Assembly: GCA_037444445.1 (NCBI GenBank)
Contig: JBBIMK010000011.1
Location: 29,083-61,082, forward strand
DNA from: a bacterium
GTDB taxonomy: Bacteria > UBP7 > UBA6624 > JBBIMK01
Direction of reading: 5' to 3'
Length of the DNA: 32,000 nt
Made by a program: the position numbers and the translations under genes. Under the pieces are notes generated by a model. That model saw nothing but the letters and a program-made list of their open reading frames with translations. It did not search any database and was not told the DNA's origin. This document shows positions 8,721-15,616 of the stretch, piece by piece. How positions within the stretch are numbered: the stretch's first letter is position 1; every line of letters starts with the position of its first letter.

Positions 8721-8996
8721 TCACCCTACCCGAAACCGAAGGCTCGCCACCTGCAAACCCTCCCGCCGTAGCCTCTGCAAAATTTCCTCCCGATGGCATT
8801 CCAGTTCCATACACACCGCCGGCGATGCTCCCTCTACGGTCAAGCATCCTTCTCGGTAGGAAACCACCTTCGTCGTCGCCGCAAGGGCAGGTCCTACGAT
8901 GGTTTCCCATTTCCCTTTAATCTTCCCCTCCGTGTAGAGATGGGACATACCCAGTTTCTTTAATGTGCCACTGACTACTTTATCCAGACTCTTCAT
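8721..8996 (-). CDS. DUF721 (DciA-like) small protein
   Basis: 91 aa. W..IVGPALAATTKVVSYREGCLTVEGASPAVCMELE resembles the DUF721 core (W-IVG-IA-HT...L-V-V-S...A-EL). It sits at the head of the gyrB-containing gene string. Confidence 0.6.
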   Translation of the reverse strand: MKSLDKVVSGTLKKLGMSHLYTEGKIKGKWETIVGPALAATTKVVSYREGCLTVEGASPAVCMELECHREEILQRLRREGLQVASLRFRVG

Positions 8997-9228
8997 CCAC
9001 CCACCAACAAAAAGTATACATCAAAATCCAACAAAATCAAACAGAACATCCAGTTATCCTTCAGGGGGTCAGGCATCGGATTGTGCCATTATTTGCAGAG
9101 TGTCTCCCCTGTCCTGATTTTCGGGAGCCCAACTCTGTCGGGGCAGGCCGCCGAGTGTCTGTGCCCTGACACACTTCCCTGCCAGCCAACCTGAATGACC
9201 TGTGGTGTAAAATAGAGAATGGAAGAGG

Positions 9229-10242
9229 ATGAAAAGAATTCTCATTCTGAAAAAGGGAATACCACCGGCCACAAGAAACCGCCTGGTGGACAGGTTAATG
9301 CGCCTCCCGGTGAAGTATGAATCGGGCTTGTGGAAGGGAGAAGATGCCATTTTTATCCAGGGCTCATTCTCCTTCTCTCCTCGGCTACTTACCCGCTTGC
9401 CAGGAGTCAGAGAAGTGATTCAGCCCTCTACCCCATATTCCCTCGCATCCCGGGATGCACGGGAAGGGGACACGGTGATTCAGGTGGGCCAGGTTCGCAT
9501 CGGGGACGGCTGTTTTGTCATCATCGCCGGTCCCTGCTCGGTGGAGAGTCGGGAGCAAATCATTGCGACGGCGAAAGTGGTGAAGAAAGCGGGGGCGCAC
9601 CTCCTTCGGGGCGGAGTGTATAAACCCCGCACCTCTCCTTACTCCTTCCAGGGCCTGGGCAAAACGGGCCTCCAGTACCTGTCAGAAGCCAGGAAACTCA
9701 CGGGCTTGCCTGTGGTGACTGAAGTCCTTTCCCCGGAGGACATAGAGAGGGTGAGCAGTGTGGCGGATGTCCTGCAGATTGGCTCCCGAAATATGCAGAA
9801 TTTCCCCCTTCTGAAAGCCGTTGGAAAAACCTCCCACCCGATTCTCCTGAAGCGGGGTATGATGGCCACGCTGGAAGAGTTCCTTCTGGCGGCGGAATAT
9901 ATCCTGTCGGAAGGGAATGACCGGGTGATTCTGTGCGAGCGTGGGATACGAACCTTTGAGACCAGCACAAGGAACACGCTGGATATTTCTTGCGTTCCAC
10001 TTTTGAAAGAATTGAGCCATCTGCCGGTGATTGTGGACCCCTCGCACGCCTGCGGTCGGAGAAGCCTGGTTCTGCCTCTTTCCCGGGCGGCTCTGGCGGT
10101 GGGCGCCGACGGGTTGATGGTGGAAGTCCATCCCGACCCGGTTCGGGCTCTATCGGACGGGTTTGAAAGCCTGGATTTCCCCGCCTTTTCTGCATTGATG
10201 AAGGAGTTACACCGACTCCGCCACATCTTCCAGCGGTCGTGA
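9229..10242 (+). CDS. aroF: 3-deoxy-7-phosphoheptulonate (DAHP) synthase, type I-beta, with N-terminal ferredoxin-like regulatory domain
   Basis: 337 aa. ~70-aa N-terminal extension, then the catalytic core IIAGPCSVESREQ, LRGGVYKPRTSPYSFQGLG, LQIGSRNMQNF, VIVDPSH. Confidence 0.9.
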   Translation: MKRILILKKGIPPATRNRLVDRLMRLPVKYESGLWKGEDAIFIQGSFSFSPRLLTRLPGVREVIQPSTPYSLASRDAREGDTVIQVGQVRIGDGCFVIIAGPCSVESREQIIATAKVVKKAGAHLLRGGVYKPRTSPYSFQGLGKTGLQYLSEARKLTGLPVVTEVLSPEDIERVSSVADVLQIGSRNMQNFPLLKAVGKTSHPILLKRGMMATLEEFLLAAEYILSEGNDRVILCERGIRTFETSTRNTLDISCVPLLKELSHLPVIVDPSHACGRRSLVLPLSRAALAVGADGLMVEVHPDPVRALSDGFESLDFPAFSALMKELHRLRHIFQRS

Positions 10243-11528
10243 TGACCCTCTCACGCCCCCGACGAATCCGGGGAGTCCTTCGCCCTCCCGGAGATAAATC
10301 CATCACCCATCGGGCTTTGATTCTTTCTGCATTGAGCCGGGGGACCTCGGAGATTGGGAACCCGGCTCCCGGCGTGGATGTTCTTCGGACGGTCCGAGCC
10401 CTGAAAGCCCTGGGCCTGTCGGTGGTCCTCAGCGGTTCCAGATTTCAGGTTAAAGGGTGCCCGAAAACCGGGTTTCGGGAGCCCCTGTCCCCTTTGCAGT
10501 GCGGGAATTCCGGCACGACTGCCCGTCTGCTGATGGGGCTTTTAGCCGGTCGGCAGGGCTTCGCCGTCCTCACGGGTGATGCTTCGTTACGCCGACGCCC
10601 GATGGGTGATGTCATCACTCCTTTGATGCGTATGGGCGCTTCTATCCTCGCCCGGGGACGGAATCACCTCTTGCCTGCCGCCATTCAGGGTGCCCGATTA
10701 CATCCCATCCGTTACTCTTTTCCTGACCCCAGCGCCCAGGTGAAATCCGCTCTCCTCATCGCTGGAATTCAAGCCCTCGGAACCTCCACCTTTGTGGAAC
10801 CAGTTCCCACCAGAGACCACACAGAGCGTCTGCTGAAGGCGATGGGGGCTCGCATCCAGATTCACGGCACACACATTCAGGTCGCTACCTCTCACCTGAC
10901 CCCGATTTCCATTGAAGTTCCCGGCGACTTTTCCTCATCCGCATACTTTCTGGCTTTAACGGTGGCTCATCCAGACGCCAGTGTTTGCCTTCAGAATGTG
11001 GGGTTAAACCCCACCCGAACCGCCTTCCTCAATGCCCTCCAGAGGATGGGCGCCCGAATCTCTGTCCGTCCTGATCCACCTCCCACAGATGAAACTCTGG
11101 AACCCATCGGTGAAATCTCTGCTGAATCTTCCTCCTTAAAAGCAACTCGTGTGGAAGGGATAGAGGCGAATCAGATGCTGGATGAAATCCCTCTTTTAGC
11201 CGTGGTAGCCACGCAGGCAGATGGCGAAACGGTGATTCGGGATGTCCCACAACTCAGGCAGAAAGAGAGCGACCGCATCCATACCATCGCACAGAACCTG
11301 AATAGAATGGGCGCTCGCGTGCAAGAACTCCCCGATGGCTTGCGTATCCAGGGCCCCACACCCCTTCAAGGGGCCTCCTTCCTTCGCATCGCCGACCATA
11401 GAATCCTGATGAGCCTCGTCATTGCCTGTTGTCTGGCGCACGGAAAGTCTGTTTTCTACCACCCCCACCCGGTGAACATCTCATACCCTTCCTTCTTTGA
11501 ACACCTTCAATCCCTTCTCCCCGGATAA
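10239..11528 (+). CDS. aroA: 3-phosphoshikimate 1-carboxyvinyltransferase (EPSP synthase)
   Basis: PGDKSITHRALILSAL, CGNSGTTARLLMG, ESDRI motifs. The GTG at 10239 (or ATG at 10242) overlaps the DAHP synthase stop. Confidence 0.9.
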   Translation: MMTLSRPRRIRGVLRPPGDKSITHRALILSALSRGTSEIGNPAPGVDVLRTVRALKALGLSVVLSGSRFQVKGCPKTGFREPLSPLQCGNSGTTARLLMGLLAGRQGFAVLTGDASLRRRPMGDVITPLMRMGASILARGRNHLLPAAIQGARLHPIRYSFPDPSAQVKSALLIAGIQALGTSTFVEPVPTRDHTERLLKAMGARIQIHGTHIQVATSHLTPISIEVPGDFSSSAYFLALTVAHPDASVCLQNVGLNPTRTAFLNALQRMGARISVRPDPPPTDETLEPIGEISAESSSLKATRVEGIEANQMLDEIPLLAVVATQADGETVIRDVPQLRQKESDRIHTIAQNLNRMGARVQELPDGLRIQGPTPLQGASFLRIADHRILMSLVIACCLAHGKSVFYHPHPVNISYPSFFEHLQSLLPG

Positions 11529-11718
11529 AAATGGAGAATGGGTAACCCTCTGCGATTACCCTCACTTCTCATTCCACACCCCGCAGGGCGAAATGACTGT
11601 TTCCACCCCCTTTTCCTCCTTCCCCACACAAACTAAGATGTGAAATCACTTGAATCTTCCCTCAACCTGTAGTAGGGTGATTCGCCTTTCGCCATCCGCC
11701 ACAGGCTTTGCTGAATGG

Positions 11719-11754
11719 AAAATAATATTCTGACATTCTTGAGAATGTGAGAAT
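11719..11754 (-). terminator. candidate intrinsic terminator after the ARPP-1-like gene
   Basis: Inverted repeat ATTCTGACATTC (11727-11738) / GAATGTGAGAAT (11743-11754), 11 of 12 bp paired, 4-nt loop. On the minus strand it is followed by ATTATTTTCC. It also contains the tandem 8-mer GAGAATGT x2. Confidence 0.4.
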
Positions 11755-11830
11755 GTTGCAGGCAGAGATGTCAATAGTGAATAGTCTCACACATTTCTAT
11801 ACAGAAGCCACATCTGTTGGAAATAACGAT

Positions 11831-12787
11831 TTACTTCGGGAGGTGGAAGAGGGAAAGATGTAGAGGGTGGGAGTTGGTAATAAGGGCTTTGCCGATGTTT
11901 TTCCCACGGCTGAACCGCTTTTCGTATCCTTTGCCCACCGCTGGATATTTCTCCCAGGAAGGATATTGAACCGCCAGAGAGAAGAATTTTTGAATTTCTT
12001 CCTCGTCCAGTTCTGAAGATTCTTCACCGGCGCCTTCCAGGTCCTCTAATGCATCCAGAGAATAACTTAACAGGAGTTTTGGGGCGAGACGGGTGAACAG
12101 GGAGGGCGTGGAAAAAATGTCCAGGCAGAGGATTCGGCGCTGGGTGGCCGCCAGGAAACCTACCTGCTCTGGCTTCAGGATGAGAATTTCAGATTTCACA
12201 CCGGTAGATGTGGACCGCGGATTCACTATCTGGCGGGTGTACCGGGATAATTCCTGGTGTTTGGAGGCATAGGACTGGCTCATAGAAGAGGTGGCAGAAG
12301 CCACGCGCAGGGTGGAGAGTTTTCGGTCCACCTCATTCCAGATGCCTGCCTGGTCGGCCTCAAATCTGCCGGTGGTTTTCAGGGATTTGTGAACGGAGCG
12401 TGTGGACAGACCACGAAGGGTGGGATAGGCACAATATAAACTGCTGGAGAAGGCTTTTGAACCGCTCCATCGCCCCGCTTCCACACAGGCTACGGGAGCG
12501 GAAATCCGACTCTCCGCAGGCAGACGAAAGGAGGTAACGAACACCCGGTTCTGCAGGGCTCCGATGACCTCTTCGCCATCCAGAACGAACACATCCTGCC
12601 CCCCATCATTTTCCATTTCCACTTCAGGCACCCTCTCCGTATCGTGCACTCTCACCGATTTGGATGCCAGCCCTTCTTCCAGTGTCAGCACCGGGTCCTC
12701 CCCTTTCCCGCCTCCAAAAACCGGGAAGAGGTAAAGATTGCTGGAAAAAACAGGCTCACCCATTTCCCATTTCATTTCCTTTGCCAT
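11831..12787 (-). CDS. hypothetical protein resembling the ARPP-1 / DUF6569 family
   Basis: 318 aa. GGAGGAG RBS. N-terminal pattern LYLFPVFGGG...LTLEEGL...VPEVEMENDGGQDVFVLDGEEVIGALQNRVFVTSFRLPA...VACVEAGRWSGS matches my recollection of that family (LTVFPL...ELxVxNxxxxPVLLLDGEELxGAKQNR...VSCVEQGRW). Confidence 0.6.
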   Translation of the reverse strand: MAKEMKWEMGEPVFSSNLYLFPVFGGGKGEDPVLTLEEGLASKSVRVHDTERVPEVEMENDGGQDVFVLDGEEVIGALQNRVFVTSFRLPAESRISAPVACVEAGRWSGSKAFSSSLYCAYPTLRGLSTRSVHKSLKTTGRFEADQAGIWNEVDRKLSTLRVASATSSMSQSYASKHQELSRYTRQIVNPRSTSTGVKSEILILKPEQVGFLAATQRRILCLDIFSTPSLFTRLAPKLLLSYSLDALEDLEGAGEESSELDEEEIQKFFSLAVQYPSWEKYPAVGKGYEKRFSRGKNIGKALITNSHPLHLSLFHLPK

Positions 12788-12983
12788 TTCTCTCTCCTCC
12801 TTCTGCTTCTATTGTAGCACACCAGTTCGCGGGTAGGGCAGTGGGCTCGCATCCCAGTAAAAATGAACGATTGATTTTCCTCTCCCCCTGTTTCTATCCC
12901 ACGCAGAGGGACAGGAAAAAGAGGAAGGGTTGTATATACAATGAAAAGAGGATAAAATGGAAAGTGGTAAGGGGGTGCTGGAA

Positions 12984-13403
12984 ATGAGAGTGCATGAATT
13001 TATGAGCCACCCTGTGGTGACGGCAAAACCGGACGACTCTCTCCTCTCCGCAGCCCGGGCGATGAAAGAGCAAAATGTGGGGTGCGTGGTCGTGATGGAT
13101 GGCGGGGAAATTAAGGGCATTCTCACGGACCGGGACATCGTCATCCGGGTCGTCAGCCCCGGCCTGGAGCCGGAGGAGATCCGGGTGGAGGATGTGATGA
13201 CCCGGCAGGTGGTGGCGATTCGTGAGGATGCAGACATAGATTTTGCCCTGAACCTGATGAAAAATAATCGGATTCGCCGCCTGCCCGTGTTAAATGGCAG
13301 TGGCCAGCTCACCGGAATTGTGTCTATCTGCGACCTTGCCCGGGTAATCGGGCGGGATACCCAGAATTTCCTCGCCACCGTCTCCGCCCATCTCCCCCTC
13401 TGA
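12984..13403 (+). CDS. CBS domain pair protein
   Basis: MRVHEFMSHPVVTAKPDDSLLSAARAMKEQNVGCVVVMDGGEIKGILTDRDIV and a second CBS unit (VMTRQVVAIRED...RRLPVLNGSGQLTGIVSICDL). The ATG at 12984 follows AAGGGGGTG. The track start at 12957 is possible but lacks an RBS. Confidence 0.8.
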   Translation: MRVHEFMSHPVVTAKPDDSLLSAARAMKEQNVGCVVVMDGGEIKGILTDRDIVIRVVSPGLEPEEIRVEDVMTRQVVAIREDADIDFALNLMKNNRIRRLPVLNGSGQLTGIVSICDLARVIGRDTQNFLATVSAHLPL

Positions 13404-13419
13404 CACCCGGGCTTTTTTG

Positions 13420-14229
13420 ATGTTGCCCCGTTATGCCTCTCTTGCCTTCCTGAATGCGGTGTATGAAAAATACCACCGCCCCCTATTCATCCCCACCGAT
13501 GTGATTCTCTTCCCTCACCGCTTTCAAAATGAAACCGACATTGAAATCTCTGCACTCCTTTCTTCCATCCTCGCATTCGGAACGGTAAAAAGTATATCCA
13601 CGAACCTGGAAAGCCTCTTCAGAAGAATGGGAAAAAAGCCCTATGAATATATCCGTAATGCGCTCTGGCAAAGGGATGAAAAGTTTTTCTCCTCCTTCCG
13701 TCACCGTTTTGTTCGGGGTGAGGACCTGGTATGCATCCTCCGGGCTTTACAGAAGATATACGAACGATACCCTTCGCTGGAATCCCTGTTCTTACAGGGA
13801 TATTCTTCACCGGAAAGCCGGAATGACACCCCGATAAGCAACACAGGACACGCCATCGCTTTTTTCACGAGTGAAATCCGTCAGCACTGCCCCTCCTGTT
13901 CTTCTCTAACTCCAGGGGTTCGTTTTCTCCTTCCTTCACCCGGAAGGGATGGAAGCGGGAGCGCCTGCAAGCGATGGAACCTCTTCCTGCGCTGGATGGT
14001 TCGGAAGGATGAAATAGATTTCGGGCTGTGGCGGAATGTGAGCCCTGCTGACCTCATCATGCCATTAGACACCCACATCATCCAGATTTCTCGCAGGTGG
14101 GGGTTCCTGCACCGCAAGAGTATAGATTGGAAATCGGCGGAAGAAGTGACGCAGGCGTTTCGTCGTTTTTCCCCCCGTGACCCCGTGAAATACGACTTCT
14201 CCCTCACCCGCTACTTTATGCTGAAATAA
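13420..14229 (+). CDS. TIGR02757/DUF2400-like protein (HhH-GPD superfamily-like)
   Basis: ~269 aa. DIEISALLSSILAFG, ACKRWNLFLRWMVRKDEIDFGLW, IMPLDTHI motifs as I recall them for TIGR02757. The start is ATG 13420 or TTG 13417. Confidence 0.7.
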   Translation: MLPRYASLAFLNAVYEKYHRPLFIPTDVILFPHRFQNETDIEISALLSSILAFGTVKSISTNLESLFRRMGKKPYEYIRNALWQRDEKFFSSFRHRFVRGEDLVCILRALQKIYERYPSLESLFLQGYSSPESRNDTPISNTGHAIAFFTSEIRQHCPSCSSLTPGVRFLLPSPGRDGSGSACKRWNLFLRWMVRKDEIDFGLWRNVSPADLIMPLDTHIIQISRRWGFLHRKSIDWKSAEEVTQAFRRFSPRDPVKYDFSLTRYFMLK

Positions 14230-14262
14230 TGCCCCCCGGACCTGTGGTAAAATAATGACAGA

Positions 14263-14550
14263 ATGCCAAAACGACGCTTTAGAGTTGCAAAGACGAAAAA
14301 GGAAAGCCCGGAGACCATAACCTTGAAGGAACCCCCGGAAAAGATGGAGGAGTATCCGGGCAAGAAATTACGAGAAGAGGGGGCAGAATCCCTCACCCCC
14401 GCCCAACTTCTCGCCGTCCTCTCCTGGCAAGTCAAGCGCCTTGAAAACGCACTCACAGAAGTCACGAGAGGAGCAGGTATCACCGTCTGCAAACGCCACA
14501 AGGAACGGCGCATAAGGAAGATTACGCTGTTTTCCGGAGGTTACGTGTGA
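14263..14550 (+). CDS. small basic hypothetical protein (95 aa)
   Basis: Preceded by the extended -10 TGGTAAAAT (14245-14253), so nearly leaderless. Contains GAESLTPAQLLAVLS, reminiscent of the first helix of RadC N-terminal modules. 4-bp overlap with the next ORF. Confidence 0.45.
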   Translation: MPKRRFRVAKTKKESPETITLKEPPEKMEEYPGKKLREEGAESLTPAQLLAVLSWQVKRLENALTEVTRGAGITVCKRHKERRIRKITLFSGGYV

Positions 14551-14747
14551 TGTGGTGGTGTGAGGGGTGCAAGCGGGAGTTTGACCAGGATCGGATGGCG
14601 GTGGAGGTCCGGTTTGGATATGTGGACCCGCCGGATGCCGACCGTCCGGAAGAGGACCAGTGGGAACGGTTCACCACCGACTCCTCGTATGCGCCGCTGT
14701 GCGACGATTGCGCCATCGCCTACATTCGTGGCGACATCAACCTCTGA
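14547..14747 (+). CDS. small zinc-ribbon-like hypothetical protein (66 aa)
   Basis: CEGC...CDDC cysteine pairs at each end, acidic centre. GTGATG overlap with the upstream ORF suggests translational coupling. Confidence 0.5.
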   Translation: MMWWCEGCKREFDQDRMAVEVRFGYVDPPDADRPEEDQWERFTTDSSYAPLCDDCAIAYIRGDINL

Positions 14748-14865
14748 GCTTCAGATCGGGGAACGAGGCGGGAGGGGGCGGGCAGTATGAGTGAATGGCG
14801 ACTGGTGGCACATCATTGAGAATGCAACTAAGACGGGGATTGGGGGGTTTACTTTGGCTCTAAAT

Positions 14866-14908
14866 CCTTGACACAAATATAGGGGGTATAGTTTAGTATA
14901 ATAATAGT
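14866..14908 (+). repeat. promoter-like direct repeat, copy A
   Basis: CCTTGACACAAATATAGGGGGTA (23 nt, identical to 19013-19035), then 5 nt, then TAGTATAATAAT (identical to 19038-19049). TATAAT at 14897-14902 puts the predicted +1 on the A of the ATG at 14909. Confidence 0.8.
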
Positions 14909-15607
14909 ATGGATGGACGAAAGGCAAAACTTTCAGGCAGGATGAAGGGAGACAAATTTCGGGAGGAGGCCAGCTTGTTTCCTACACCAGAAGGGAAGGA
15001 GCCGGCACCTCCGCCGCTGAAGCCGGAGGCAGACTATTTCCATCCGGGCGGTAAACTGCTTTACACGGGTGCAGAGAACTGCACGGATGAGGAACTTGTG
15101 GCGATACTTATCGGGTATGGTTGCAAGGGGCGGACTGCCAAGCAGATTGCCGACGAAATCCTGCTGGACTGGTATTCGGTGAACGGCATGATGAATAAGT
15201 TCAATCGGCAATGTATTACCCGGGAAGACTTGCTTACATATCGGTGTATGGACGAACTGAAAGCACGACGGGTCCTGGCAGGTCTTGAACTTGCACGGCG
15301 AATCTGTAAGTATGTGGGCTACCAGGGGCGGACGCTGGAGATGATGAAGGATGACCGCCCGGATGTAGAAGTGCTGACGGACCTGTTCCATGACCTGGGC
15401 ACCAGGCTTGAAGAAGCGCGGCTCATCGCTCAAGGATACCTCAGCAAATATAACGGCTTATTGGGATGGATGGGCAAGCCGCTGGCGGATATGTTGAAAA
15501 TCAGGGGCATTGGCAAGGTGAAAGTGGCGCGCTTGGGCACGGTTTATGAAATCGCACGCCGAACTACTAAGCGGGAGGACCTGGACTGGCGCGTTTGGGT
15601 GAAATGA
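14909..15607 (+). CDS. tandem RadC-N-terminal-like (UPF0758 HhH) protein lacking the JAB/MPN domain
   Basis: 232 aa. Module 1: LLYTGAENCTDEELVAILIGYGCKGRTAKQIADEILLDW...ELKARRVLAGLELARR. Module 2: ARLIAQGYLSKYNGLLGWMGKPLADMLKIRGIGKVKVARLGTVYEIARR. Both follow the RadC N-terminal pattern (L-D-ELLA-LL-G-KG...A-L...GL...L..I-GIG-KA--L-A--EL-RR). No HNHPSG-type JAB motif. Confidence 0.7.
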   Translation: MDGRKAKLSGRMKGDKFREEASLFPTPEGKEPAPPPLKPEADYFHPGGKLLYTGAENCTDEELVAILIGYGCKGRTAKQIADEILLDWYSVNGMMNKFNRQCITREDLLTYRCMDELKARRVLAGLELARRICKYVGYQGRTLEMMKDDRPDVEVLTDLFHDLGTRLEEARLIAQGYLSKYNGLLGWMGKPLADMLKIRGIGKVKVARLGTVYEIARRTTKREDLDWRVWVK

Positions 15608-15616
15608 GGTGAGATT

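Noticed and set aside
9639-10306. Three overlapping minus-strand ORFs (149-202 aa) inside the DAHP synthase gene
   Set aside because: The products are Arg/Pro/Gly-rich and antisense to a clearly identified aroF. These are shadow ORFs.
12809-13378. 189-aa minus-strand ORF opposite the CBS-domain gene
   Set aside because: The product is Ser/Arg-rich and low-complexity. The plus-strand frame carries two canonical CBS units and an RBS.
9197-14254. Shared 10-mer GACCTGTGGT followed by (T)AAAATA upstream of both aroF (9197-9214) and the 95-aa ORF (14238-14254)
   Set aside because: A 10-nt match is expected many times by chance among all position pairs in 32 kb. The rest of the similarity is generic -10 consensus.
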